Below, in pieces: positions 29,042-38,410 of a stretch of 64,000 nucleotides of DNA. A program made the translations under genes and the position numbers. The DNA is from an uncultured Flavobacteriaceae bacterium. GTDB lineage: Bacteria > Bacteroidota > Bacteroidia > NS11-12g > UBA955. The stretch is from contig CAYYXG010000009.1 of NCBI GenBank assembly GCA_964475595.1, positions 9,023-73,022 of the forward strand, read 5' to 3'. Under the pieces are notes generated by a model that was given only the letters and a program-made list of their open reading frames with translations, had not been told where the DNA came from and searched no databases. Each line of letters opens with the position of its first letter. The stretch's first letter is position 1.

Positions 29042-29578
29042 ATGATTTTGTCTGACAAGCGCATACTGGAAGAAATTGACAAAGGGACGATAAAAATTGA
29101 GCCATACGACAGGGATTGTTTGGGCAGCAACAGCTACGATGTTCATTTGGGCAAATGGCTGGCTACCTACAAAGACCATATTCTGGATGCCAAGAAGCAC
29201 AACGAAATCGAGTATTTCGAAATTCCTGAGGACGGGTTTGTGCTGTATCCCCATGTTTTTTATCTGGGCGTAACTGAGGAATATACTGAAACGCATGCCC
29301 ATGTTCCGTTTTTGGAGGGGAAGAGCAGTACGGGCCGTTTAGGGATTGATATCCACGCAACAGCAGGCAAAGGAGACGTAGGTTTTTGCGGTAATTGGAC
29401 GTTGGAAATCAGCGTAAAACAGCCGGTGAAAGTATATAGGGGCATGCCGATTGGTCAGCTGATTTATTTCCCTGTGGAGGGAGAAATCGAGGTGAAATAC
29501 AACCAGAAGAAAAACGCTAAGTATTCCGGTCAGCCCGACAGGCCGATTGAGAGTATGATGTGGAAGAATACCTTTTAG
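29042..29578 (+). CDS. dcd: dCTP deaminase
   Basis: MILSDKRILEEI... 178 aa trimeric dUTPase-fold motifs (GKSSTGRLGI, GFCGNWTLEI). The upstream part of the ORF is read-through of the cvfB antisense strand. Confidence 0.85.
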   Translation: MILSDKRILEEIDKGTIKIEPYDRDCLGSNSYDVHLGKWLATYKDHILDAKKHNEIEYFEIPEDGFVLYPHVFYLGVTEEYTETHAHVPFLEGKSSTGRLGIDIHATAGKGDVGFCGNWTLEISVKQPVKVYRGMPIGQLIYFPVEGEIEVKYNQKKNAKYSGQPDRPIESMMWKNTF

Positions 29579-29584
29579 GGTGTT

Positions 29585-30151
29585 TTAAGGTCGGTAGTAG
29601 TGCAACTGAAAGAAGTTGGATTTGCTGCCAATGACCGATTCAACAGAAACATTATTTAACCAAACTGGGGCAGGATTTTCGTAGTAGTAGCGAAACGAGC
29701 TCATGGGCCATGCTTGGATATCGTCGGTAAAACCATGTTTAACGGGGTTTCGGTGTATGTAAACGAGGACCCGAAAAAAGTCGGTTTGGTCGCTGATAAT
29801 TCTGCGGCGGAGATTTTTCATAAACATGGAGCCGCGGCGGTTATATTTTTTATTATAGGCCTTGCAATAAGAGTTGAAGAAATTAGAAAATTGCTGGCTG
29901 TAATAACGTTCCTTTTTATCCGCTGGCAGACCTTCAAGGTCTATAAGACCTTGAAGGTCTGCCGGCGATTTGGTACGAATTAAAAAATGGAAATGGTTGG
30001 GCATCAGGCAGTACGCATAGGTATCCGCTACCGGACCTATATATTTCCCATACTGCTGCAAGAAAAATCGGTAATTCTCCGCTTCCTTAAATAAATTGTC
30101 ATGCCCGTTTGCATGGTTGTAAATGTGGTAGAACGTTTCAGGTAAAATCAT
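29585..30151 (-). mobile_element. REP-associated tyrosine transposase (RAYT) / IS200-like Y1 HuH transposase, solitary
   Basis: HuH motif CLMPNHFHFLI and catalytic-Tyr motif LVYIHRNPVKHGF. Start at internal ATG MILPETFYHIYNH. No partner tnpB or inverted repeats seen. Confidence 0.8.
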
Positions 30152-30262
30152 AAAAATAATAATAAAATAAATATAAATCGTAAATAAATAAACAACATGC
30201 AATAATAATACTTTTTTCTCATTTTCAACCCCTTTCCGCTTTTCCTATCTTTGCACCTTCCA

Positions 30263-31804
30263 ATGAACAACGAGGATCTCTTCAAAAAAGTCGTTTCCCA
30301 CTGCAAAGAATATGGGTTTGTTTTTCCTTCCAGCGAAATCTATGATGGCCTTGCTGCCGTTTATGATTACGGCCAAAACGGGGTAGAGCTGCGTAACAAT
30401 ATCCGCCAATACTGGTGGAAAGCCATGACCCAGCTGCAAACCAATATCCTCGGTATCGATGCGGCCATTTTTATGCACCCCAAAACATGGAAAGCCAGCG
30501 GACACATCGATGGGTTCAGCGATCCTATGATCGATAACAAAGACAGCAAAAAGCGGTATCGCGCCGATGTATTACTCGAAGATCATCAGGAAAAACTTCG
30601 TGCCAAAGCCGATAAAGAGGTTGAAAAAGCCCGCGCCCGTTTTGGTGATAGCTTCGATGAAACCATGTACCGATCCACCAACCCACGCGTGGTGGAATAC
30701 CTCAATGCCATCGCCCATATAGATAATACCCTGAAAGAAGGTCTCGAAACCGGCAATCTGGGCATGATAAAAGCCCTGATAGAAGAACTGGGTATCGTTT
30801 GTCCCGTTAGCGGCTCTAAAAACTGGACTGATGTACGTCAGTTCAACCTCATGTACAGTACCCAGATGAGCGCTGTTGAAAGCGGGGAAGACAGTCTGTA
30901 TTTACGACCTGAAACCGCCCAAGGCATTTTTGTGAATTTTCTCAATGTGCAAAAATCAGGTCGCACCAAAATTCCTTTTGGTATTGCCCAAACCGGAAAA
31001 GCTTTCCGAAATGAAATTGTAGCCAGACAGTTCATTATGCGCATGAAAGAGTTCGAACAAATGGAAATGCAGTTTTTCTGCAAACCCGGCACCGAACTGG
31101 AATGGTACGCCTACTGGAAGGAACAACGCCTGAAATGGCACCTGGCGTTAGGTACAGATAAAGACAGTTATCGCTACCACGACCATGTGAAACTGGCCCA
31201 CTATGCCAATGCAGCCGTGGATATTGAATTTGATTTTCCTTTCGGTTTTAAAGAGGTGGAAGGCATTCACAGCCGCACCGATTTCGATCTCAGTAAACAT
31301 GAGGAATTTAGCGGTAAAAAACTCCGTTATTTTGATCCTGAAACCAACGAAAGCTATATCCCTTATGTGGTTGAAACCAGCATCGGTCTCGATCGCATGT
31401 TTTTACTCGCTTTGTGTGCCGCCTATCAGGAAGAGCCGGTTGAAGGAGGGGAAGTGCGCACTGTGCTGAAATTGCATCCTGCGCTGGCTCCCGTAAAGGC
31501 AGCAATTTTACCCTTGGTAAAAAAGGATGGCTTGCCGGAATTGGCTGAAAAAATTTACAACGACCTGCGCTTCGATTTTAAACTGTACATCGAAGACAAA
31601 GACAGCATTGGCAAGCGTTACCGCCGCATGGATGCCATCGGTACACCTTTCTGTATTACTGTGGATCACGATAGTTTGAATAACGAAGATGTTACCATTC
31701 GCCACCGCGATACCATGGAGCAGCGCAGGGTTAAGATTTCCGAATTGCGCGATATACTGCACCGAGAAACTGATATGTCTTCATTACTCCAAAAATTAGC
31801 CTGA
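30263..31804 (+). CDS. glyQS: glycine--tRNA ligase (dimeric class II, GlyQS)
   Basis: [30 protein letters not shown]..., class II motifs, C-terminal anticodon-binding domain. Confidence 0.93.
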   Translation: MNNEDLFKKVVSHCKEYGFVFPSSEIYDGLAAVYDYGQNGVELRNNIRQYWWKAMTQLQTNILGIDAAIFMHPKTWKASGHIDGFSDPMIDNKDSKKRYRADVLLEDHQEKLRAKADKEVEKARARFGDSFDETMYRSTNPRVVEYLNAIAHIDNTLKEGLETGNLGMIKALIEELGIVCPVSGSKNWTDVRQFNLMYSTQMSAVESGEDSLYLRPETAQGIFVNFLNVQKSGRTKIPFGIAQTGKAFRNEIVARQFIMRMKEFEQMEMQFFCKPGTELEWYAYWKEQRLKWHLALGTDKDSYRYHDHVKLAHYANAAVDIEFDFPFGFKEVEGIHSRTDFDLSKHEEFSGKKLRYFDPETNESYIPYVVETSIGLDRMFLLALCAAYQEEPVEGGEVRTVLKLHPALAPVKAAILPLVKKDGLPELAEKIYNDLRFDFKLYIEDKDSIGKRYRRMDAIGTPFCITVDHDSLNNEDVTIRHRDTMEQRRVKISELRDILHRETDMSSLLQKLA

Positions 31805-31815
31805 TTTATCCCATT

Positions 31816-33003
31816 ATGATAACCATTGATCAATTTAATTTCAAGGGCGAAAAAGTCCTTATTCGTGTAGATTTCAATGTGCCGCTGAACGCTGATTTCC
31901 AAATTACCGACGATTCACGCATAACAGCAACCCTGCCTACCCTTAATAAAATTCTGGGTGACGGCGGTTCCGTTATTCTGATGAGCCACCTGGGCCGACC
32001 TAAAACCGGACCGGAAGATAAATTCAGCCTGCGACATATCCTTCCGCACCTCGGCCAATTGTTGGGTAAAAACGTAAAATTTGCCACTGACTGCATCGGT
32101 GTTGATGCGACTGAACTGGCTGCAGGATTGGGTGCAGGAGAGGTGTTGCTACTGGAAAACCTCCGTTTTTACAAAGAAGAAGAAAAAGGCGACCGCGATT
32201 TTGCCCAAAAACTAGCCTCGCTGGGATCTTTCTATGTGAACGATGCCTTCGGAACAGCGCATCGTGCTCATGCTAGTACGGCCATTATTGCTGATTTCTT
32301 TCCGGGAAAAAAAGCCTTTGGCTATGTAATGGCACGTGAGGTAGAAAATGCCAATAAGGTGATGAAAGCGCCCCAAAGACCATTTACCGCTATTGTAGGT
32401 GGAGCTAAGGTTTCCGATAAAATCTTAATTGTTGAAAATCTGCTGAATGTGGCCGATCATATCATCATTGGTGGTGGCATGGCATATACGTTCTTTAAGG
32501 CACAGGGTGGTCAAATAGGGAAATCGCTGTGTGAAGATGAGCGTTTGCAAACCTGTATTGAGATTTTGGAAAAAGCAAAAGCCAAAGGAGTGAAAATCCA
32601 TTTGCCTTCTGACTCTGTGATTGCCGATAATTTTGCTGCTGATGCCACTACCCAAAACTGCAGTAGCAATAATATCCCAGATGGCTGGATGGGTCTTGAT
32701 ATTGGAACTTCTGCCTGCAACGATTTTAAGAATGTGCTGCTGAACAGCAAAACCATTTTGTGGAACGGCCCGATGGGTGTATTTGAGATGGATGCTTTTA
32801 GCAACGGCACCAAGACCGTAGCAGAGGCTGTAGCTGAAAGCACGCAAAATGGCGCTTTCAGTTTGATAGGCGGCGGCGACAGTGCAGCAGCCGTTCACAA
32901 GTTCGGTTTCGAGGAAAAGGTGAGTTATGTAAGCACCGGTGGTGGCGCACTGTTGGAATACTTCGAAGGAAAAACATTGCCGGGAATTGCGGCAATAGTT
33001 TAG
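31816..33003 (+). CDS. pgk: phosphoglycerate kinase
   Basis: [18 protein letters not shown], 395 aa. Confidence 0.97.
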   Translation: MITIDQFNFKGEKVLIRVDFNVPLNADFQITDDSRITATLPTLNKILGDGGSVILMSHLGRPKTGPEDKFSLRHILPHLGQLLGKNVKFATDCIGVDATELAAGLGAGEVLLLENLRFYKEEEKGDRDFAQKLASLGSFYVNDAFGTAHRAHASTAIIADFFPGKKAFGYVMAREVENANKVMKAPQRPFTAIVGGAKVSDKILIVENLLNVADHIIIGGGMAYTFFKAQGGQIGKSLCEDERLQTCIEILEKAKAKGVKIHLPSDSVIADNFAADATTQNCSSNNIPDGWMGLDIGTSACNDFKNVLLNSKTILWNGPMGVFEMDAFSNGTKTVAEAVAESTQNGAFSLIGGGDSAAAVHKFGFEEKVSYVSTGGGALLEYFEGKTLPGIAAIV

Positions 33004-33059
33004 AGTTAAGAGTTTAGAGTTAGGGGTTAAGAGTTAAAAGTTGATAGTCTACAGTTTGT
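33004..33059. repeat. tandem heptamer microsatellite (AGTTNNG x8)
   Basis: AGTTAAG AGTTTAG AGTTAGG GGTTAAG AGTTAAA AGTTGAT AGTCTAC AGTTTGT, directly after the pgk stop. Confidence 0.8.
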
Positions 33060-33360
33060 CAATGCCTGAATTTAGTTAATAGTATATTAGGTTTATTGGT
33101 TGAATGGTTTAATGGGTTAATTTATCTAACCTGCAATTAACCCCGAAGGGGTGGCATTATTGTAGCCCACAGGGCGTAAAATCCGACCCCAACGGGGTCG
33201 CACATATTCAAATGGTTTTTCGTGTTTTGTTGTCGGGCGGGGCAACCGCAATCAAAATCCATCACCCCAAAACACAATATGCGACCACCTTCGGGGTCGT
33301 GCATTCTATGCGCCGTTCCGGCTAGAGATATTTGACCCCGCTGGGGTCACAAGCACAATG

Positions 33361-33441
33361 CACAATGCAGATATGTGTGCCCATAAATCGTGCGTCGGCA
33401 ATCCCTGCATTTTTCATGGTTGCCGAAGATGCCAACCAAAC
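33361..33441. repeat. 81-bp direct repeat, copy 1
   Basis: CACAATGCAGATATGTGTGCCCATAAATCGTGCGTCGGCAATCCCTGCATTTTTC... Identical to copy 2 except 2 nt. Confidence 0.9.
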
Positions 33442-33512
33442 GACATCGCCATGACCACACTCGGGTCGAGCACAATTCACAATTCACAATTAGCAATGCA
33501 CAATTAGCAATG

Positions 33513-33593
33513 CACAATGCAGATATGTGTGCCCATAAATCGTGCGTCGGCAATCCCTGCATTTTTCGTGGTTACCGAAGATGCCAACCAAAC
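33513..33593. repeat. 81-bp direct repeat, copy 2 (period 152 bp)
   Basis: Same 81-mer with 2 mismatches. Separated from copy 1 by CACAATT/AGCAATG heptamer tandems (33467-33512). Confidence 0.9.
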
Positions 33594-33778
33594 ATCGAAA
33601 AAATGACCACACGACATCGCCATGACCCCAGCGGGGTCAAACATCTGTAGGCCTCGTGGGTGAGGGAATCGACCCCATCGGGGTCGCATATATCCTAATT
33701 ATCCATAGGTGCTCACCAAAAACAAAACAAGGACGGGCAATGCACCAAACCAATAAACCATTTTACCAATAAACCAAA

Positions 33779-34246
33779 CTACAATCCCCGTCTCTCTGCA
33801 TCACTCAGCAAATCACAGTCCTTCAAAAATGCCTTCATGGTGTCCCAAATAGGGTGCTTTTTGTCCAAATGAGACATTATCCATGCCTTGTCCTCTCGGG
33901 TATGGGAGGTTATGCCTAAAATCGCCGGTGCCCGACTCTCAAAACTGAATCGTAAAAAACGAACTTCCAAATTCTGTGGGGCAGTGGACACCGCCTTATT
34001 CAGTATAACGGCTGCTTCTTTCGCCAATGCGAATCGGCTTGCCGGATTCCAACCATGTTTCGCCTGCAGTGCTTTTCCCATTCCATAATAGGCCATTAAA
34101 ACTCCATTGTTCCCATAATTACCTGTCATTTTCACTAACGCATCCGCCTTGGCAGACACCTCTACCGCTTCTATATAGGTAGACCTCACCGAACTGATTT
34201 CTGAAAAACCGGTCAACAGCATCGCACACACGCTCATCCAAAGCAT
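33779..34246 (-). CDS. hypothetical secreted protein
   Basis: 155 aa, N-terminal signal-like segment, no motif recognised. Confidence 0.4.
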   Translation of the reverse strand: MLWMSVCAMLLTGFSEISSVRSTYIEAVEVSAKADALVKMTGNYGNNGVLMAYYGMGKALQAKHGWNPASRFALAKEAAVILNKAVSTAPQNLEVRFLRFSFESRAPAILGITSHTREDKAWIMSHLDKKHPIWDTMKAFLKDCDLLSDAERRGL

Positions 34247-34279
34247 GTATACTTAACAAAATTAAGCGGATTTCGTTTT

Positions 34280-35230
34280 TTACAGCCAGCCCCGGCGCCG
34301 GAAAAAGAACAGGGTAGAGATCGAAGACAACACCATCAAACCTATGGCAAACCAAAATCCATAGCGCCAGTCAAACTCTTCGGTAAATTTAAAATTCATG
34401 CCGTAAATGCTGGCAATAAGCGTGGGGGGCATGAAAATAACCGAGGCAACAGTGAAAATTTTAATGATTTTGTTCTGCTCGATGTTAATCAAACCCAAAA
34501 AGGTATTCTGCATGTATTCCAAACGCTCAAAATTGAACTTGGTATGTTCAATCAACGAATTGATGTCCTTGATAACCACGCGCAACCTTTCATATTCTTC
34601 ACCCACAAATTCTTGGCTTTTGAGGATGGCTGAAAGCACGCGCTGCTTGTCAATCACATTCTGGCGTATCACCATGGTCAATTCCTGTAATCGTGATATC
34701 GTTAATAGCACATCCTCATCGGGGCCTTTGTCGAAGGTTAGTTCGCGGCTGAGTTTGCCCACCTGTCTGCCCAGATTCTCCAGCAAATCAGCATCATTAT
34801 CTACGTCGGTTTCCAGCAGCGAAGTCATAATCTGCTTGCCACTGTGAAAAAGCCTTCCGGAAACCTTTATCTTTTTTACGCAGTCTGAAAATGTACCCAA
34901 ATCTGCATCACGATAAGTGAAGAGCACATCGTCCTGAAGGATAAATGATACGGCATGGGATATAAAATCCTCACCGCTATTGTTAAACTTTAAAAAATTA
35001 CTGTTGGCTATGATTTCGTCATCGGTTTCGAAATAGCGCGAGGAACTTTCAATTTCCAGCTGCTCTTGTCGACTTTGAAATTTGAATTCGAAATGGGCTT
35101 CTACATCGCTAATTTCAGCGGGAGTGGGGTTTTGAAGATCAATCCAGATAATATCTTCCTGGCTTTCCAGTTGGGAAAGTGCCTGCACTTTGTGCACACG
35201 GTTTTGCCTTCTGTAATAAACCCTCAGCAT
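34280..35230 (-). CDS. corA: magnesium/cobalt transporter CorA
   Basis: YGMNF (GMN) motif plus two C-terminal TM helices, 316 aa. Confidence 0.92.
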   Translation of the reverse strand: MLRVYYRRQNRVHKVQALSQLESQEDIIWIDLQNPTPAEISDVEAHFEFKFQSRQEQLEIESSSRYFETDDEIIANSNFLKFNNSGEDFISHAVSFILQDDVLFTYRDADLGTFSDCVKKIKVSGRLFHSGKQIMTSLLETDVDNDADLLENLGRQVGKLSRELTFDKGPDEDVLLTISRLQELTMVIRQNVIDKQRVLSAILKSQEFVGEEYERLRVVIKDINSLIEHTKFNFERLEYMQNTFLGLINIEQNKIIKIFTVASVIFMPPTLIASIYGMNFKFTEEFDWRYGFWFAIGLMVLSSISTLFFFRRRGWL

Positions 35231-35344
35231 GGTAATATCGACTACTGTCTCCGTCCATTCGGCGAATGTGCGGCAAAGGTAAGAATTAATTGCCTTGCTG
35301 CAGTATTTATATGATAAAATTGATGATAAATGTGGAAGTCAGGC

Positions 35345-36070
35345 CTATAACCTGCCAAACATGCTTTTTAATCGCAATTCAATAACCCCAAATAGGGCTT
35401 CCCTGAAGATCTTGGTGCTCATTTTGCTCACACCCAGCGTGCGGTCAGTGAAAATAATAGGAACTTCCCGGATGTTAAATCCTTTTTTCCAGGTTCTGAA
35501 TTTCATTTCAATCTGAAACGCATAGCCTTTGAATTTGATGCGGTCAAGCCCGATTTGCTCCAGTACCTTCCTTGAATAGCAAACAAAACCCGCTGTAGAA
35601 TCCGCTATGCGAAGCCCAGTCACGATACGCACATATTTACTGGCGTAATAACTCATCAAAACCCTGCCCATGGGCCAGTTTACCACATTTACCACACCTC
35701 CTGCGTATCGACTGCCAACTGCCATATCAGCCCCATCTATACAGGCAGTTACCAGTCTGTTTAAATCATCGGGGTTGTGGCTAAAATCGCAATCCATTTC
35801 GCAGATGTACTGATAATCTTTTTCAAGACACCATTTAAAACCGGCGATATACGCCGTTCCAAGTCCTGCCTTGCCTTTGCGCTTTAGCAGGTGAAGCCGG
35901 TCGCTATATGCTTTTTGCAGCGTTTCTACCTTGTCTGAAGTACCGTCGGGCGAGTTATCATCTACAATTAGCAAGTGAAAGGCGGGTTCCAATCCCATTA
36001 CCTTGTGCACCATGGCTTCGATGTTCTCGATTTCGTTGTAGGTAGGTATGATGACAATACGATCTGTCAC
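35345..36070 (-). CDS. polyprenol-phosphate mannosyltransferase (GT2, Dpm1-like)
   Basis: MTDRIVIIPTYNEIENIE...IVDDNSPDGT...DCDFSH GT2 motifs. Confidence 0.85.
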   Translation of the reverse strand: MTDRIVIIPTYNEIENIEAMVHKVMGLEPAFHLLIVDDNSPDGTSDKVETLQKAYSDRLHLLKRKGKAGLGTAYIAGFKWCLEKDYQYICEMDCDFSHNPDDLNRLVTACIDGADMAVGSRYAGGVVNVVNWPMGRVLMSYYASKYVRIVTGLRIADSTAGFVCYSRKVLEQIGLDRIKFKGYAFQIEMKFRTWKKGFNIREVPIIFTDRTLGVSKMSTKIFREALFGVIELRLKSMFGRL

Positions 36071-36103
36071 GATTGCTGCGAAAATACGTTATTTTGCAAC
36101 CAA

Positions 36104-36607
36104 ATGTATCAATCTTCTTCCCGACACTTTGAAAAAGCCATATTTCTCGACAGAGATGGCGTAATTAACCACGATCCCGGAGACTACACTACTTCTCTGG
36201 CCGAATTTGAAGTGTTGCCTGATACGATTGAAACACTTAAAAAATGGTTTGATGAGGGTTATGGGCTGGTTGTGATTACCAATCAGGGTGGTTTAGATAA
36301 AGATTTGTATGATGAAAATGCGGTAATTGCCATGCATCAATATTTACAGGGATTGTGCAACCTGCAAGGCTTTGCCATCGATGCCTTTTATTATTGTGTG
36401 CACCACCCCGAAATTTCAGGGAAATGCCTGTGCCGCAAACCGGGAAGTTTGATGGTGGAAAAAGCCCTGCACCGATTTGATCTAAAGCCTGAAAATTGTG
36501 TGATGATTGGTGACAGAGAAAGAGATGTGATAGCTGCTGAAGGAGCAGGTGTCAGGGGGATTCAAATAACCGTAAACACGGGTTTGAAGCAGGTACAACT
36601 CTCCTGA
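36104..36607 (+). CDS. HAD-IIIA family phosphatase, GmhB-like (D,D-heptose 1,7-bisphosphate phosphatase)
   Basis: KAIFLDRDGVIN ... VVITNQGG ... GDRERD motifs. Start at internal ATG 36104. Confidence 0.75.
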   Translation: MYQSSSRHFEKAIFLDRDGVINHDPGDYTTSLAEFEVLPDTIETLKKWFDEGYGLVVITNQGGLDKDLYDENAVIAMHQYLQGLCNLQGFAIDAFYYCVHHPEISGKCLCRKPGSLMVEKALHRFDLKPENCVMIGDRERDVIAAEGAGVRGIQITVNTGLKQVQLS

Positions 36608-36609
36608 TT

Positions 36610-37449
36610 TTATCTTCTTCGGTACCCCGAACCCCTTCTGTAAGTAGATTTTCTGTAGGAACCTCGGTAGCCTCGGCGGTAATAAGAGCGGTATACCGGC
36701 GAGCTAGGCAGTGCAAAGCTGCTGGCAGTAAAATTCATGGTGTCCTGTAATAAGCTGTCTTTTTTAAAATCGATGAGTAATTCCGGGTTGAATGGTTTTC
36801 CCAAAATGCGGGTTTCAAAGTGTAGGTGTGGTCCTGTGCTATAGCCGGTGCTTCCACCCAGTCCTATAATTTGTCCGGCATTTACCAAATCACCCGGATT
36901 GACCAAGCGCTGACTCAAATGGCCATAAAGGGTTTCCAACCCATTGTGGTGACGAACCACTACACAATTGCCGTATCCGTAATACCAGCGGCTCATGCGC
37001 ACAACGCCGTCAAAGGAACTGACAATGGTATCACCCGTTTTTAAACCGATGTCAATGCCAGCATGTACATGGCCCCAGCGCCATCCAAACGGGGAGGTCA
37101 TGGTGCCCAAAACCGGAAGTGCAAAACCGCAGTCTGCATCCAGCACCTGCAACTGCAATGCCCCTGCTATGGAATCGAAGTTGAATTTATACGGGTCTAT
37201 GTTGGCCGTATCCCAATAAGCGTATAAATCAAAAATGGGGGATATGCCCGGAATGATGGCAGGTGCAGCCAATTGGGTTGGGGTGTATCCGTCTGAATCG
37301 TGGTAGTTTAAAATTCCTGCAGGCACAGCATGAAGGTGATTGCTAATCATGAGTAAACCCAGCAATAAACAAACCTTAAATAGTAACAAGTGCCATTTTG
37401 GCGGCTTCACAGTCTTGCCCGATTTGTTCTTTGAGTGCCTCAAGATCAT
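36610..37449 (-). CDS. M23 family metallopeptidase
   Basis: HxxxD ... GLETLYGHLS ... TGPHLHFE zinc motifs. The ORF N-terminus overlaps the ribF 3' end by 74 nt, so the start is uncertain. Confidence 0.8.
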   Translation of the reverse strand: MILRHSKNKSGKTVKPPKWHLLLFKVCLLLGLLMISNHLHAVPAGILNYHDSDGYTPTQLAAPAIIPGISPIFDLYAYWDTANIDPYKFNFDSIAGALQLQVLDADCGFALPVLGTMTSPFGWRWGHVHAGIDIGLKTGDTIVSSFDGVVRMSRWYYGYGNCVVVRHHNGLETLYGHLSQRLVNPGDLVNAGQIIGLGGSTGYSTGPHLHFETRILGKPFNPELLIDFKKDSLLQDTMNFTASSFALPSSPVYRSYYRRGYRGSYRKSTYRRGSGYRRR

Positions 37450-38308
37450 TAAAAGTGTATTCCGGCCTTAGGTAAGCAATCAGCTCCAAGCGGATTGCAA
37501 TTTCGTAAATATCTCCCGAAAATCCAAATAAATGTGCTTCTATACTGAACCCTTTACCCGGAATAGTAGGGTTGTATCCTATATTCAATGCACCTCCATA
37601 AGTGCCCGAAGGCAGATGAGCCCGTATAGCATAAACACCGGTCGCAGGAATGAGTTTATAGGGATCTTCAATTTCAATATTGGCTGTTGGAAATCCCAAT
37701 GTGCGACCAAGTTTTCTGCCATGAATTACCTTGCCAGAAAGGGTGTAGGGCCTGCCAAGCAACTGATTGGCCTGTGAAAGATCTCCGGACAGAAGCGCTT
37801 TTCGTATGCGTGTACTGGAAATGGCAATATGTTCTATTTCTCCTGCAGGAATCTCCTTAACCTTGAAATTTAACATTTCACCATATTGGAGAAGGTCATC
37901 AAAACTTCCTTCTCTATTTTTTCCAAATCGATGGTCATAACCCACAATCATGGTCGTTACATGGAGTTTGTTTACCAGCACTCCGCGTACAAAATCCAAC
38001 GGGCTGAGATTGGCTACCTCAGAAGTGAAGGGTAGTATGGTTAGATGATCAATCCCGCATGCCTCCACCATCTGTATCTTTTCATCCAGACTGCTCAGCA
38101 TCCGCAAGGGATTGTCATTGGGATACAGCACCAATCGGGGATGCGGGAAAAAGGTAAGCAGCATGCTTTCCAGCCCGGATTGCTTTGCTTCGGAAACCAC
38201 ATTCTCCAACACTTTTACATGCCCCAGGTGCACGCCGTCAAACGTTCCCTGTGTGAGAACCAAGCCGCTAAACTGAGGAATGTCATCCAAACTGTGGTAT
38301 ACCTGCAT
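37376..38308 (-). CDS. ribF: bifunctional riboflavin kinase / FMN adenylyltransferase
   Basis: GTFDGVHLGH, riboflavin kinase C-domain (GFPTANI). Confidence 0.92.
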   Translation of the reverse strand: MQVYHSLDDIPQFSGLVLTQGTFDGVHLGHVKVLENVVSEAKQSGLESMLLTFFPHPRLVLYPNDNPLRMLSSLDEKIQMVEACGIDHLTILPFTSEVANLSPLDFVRGVLVNKLHVTTMIVGYDHRFGKNREGSFDDLLQYGEMLNFKVKEIPAGEIEHIAISSTRIRKALLSGDLSQANQLLGRPYTLSGKVIHGRKLGRTLGFPTANIEIEDPYKLIPATGVYAIRAHLPSGTYGGALNIGYNPTIPGKGFSIEAHLFGFSGDIYEIAIRLELIAYLRPEYTFNDLEALKEQIGQDCEAAKMALVTI

Positions 38309-38410
38309 AAAAGTGCAAATTTCGGCCAAAACACACTAGGGTAAAATTTTATATTGTTCACAACCTGAGTGGTGTTTTCCACCTTACCTTTGATACCTTT
38401 GCATGACTGA

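Larger units (their letters stand above)
33140..33686. repeat. cluster of REP-like palindromic hairpins (GACCCC-N3-GGGGTC)
   Basis: Hairpins at 33140-52 (imperfect), 33184-200, 33282-99 (imperfect), 33333-49, 33623-39 and 33670-86. Most have GCA(C/T)AT-type flanks. Confidence 0.8.

Noticed and set aside
30152-30202. 17-codon N-terminal extension of the RAYT ORF (MHVVYLFTIYIYFIIIF)
   Set aside because: Translation of an AT-rich (AATAAT)n leader. RAYT homologues begin near MxLPExFYHIYNRG, which matches the internal ATG at 30151.
33004-33778. Possible CRISPR array
   Set aside because: The repeats are of three unrelated kinds. The 81-mers occur only twice and the hairpins vary in sequence and orientation. 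There is no constant repeat-spacer periodicity and no cas genes nearby. REP-like elements explain the region better.
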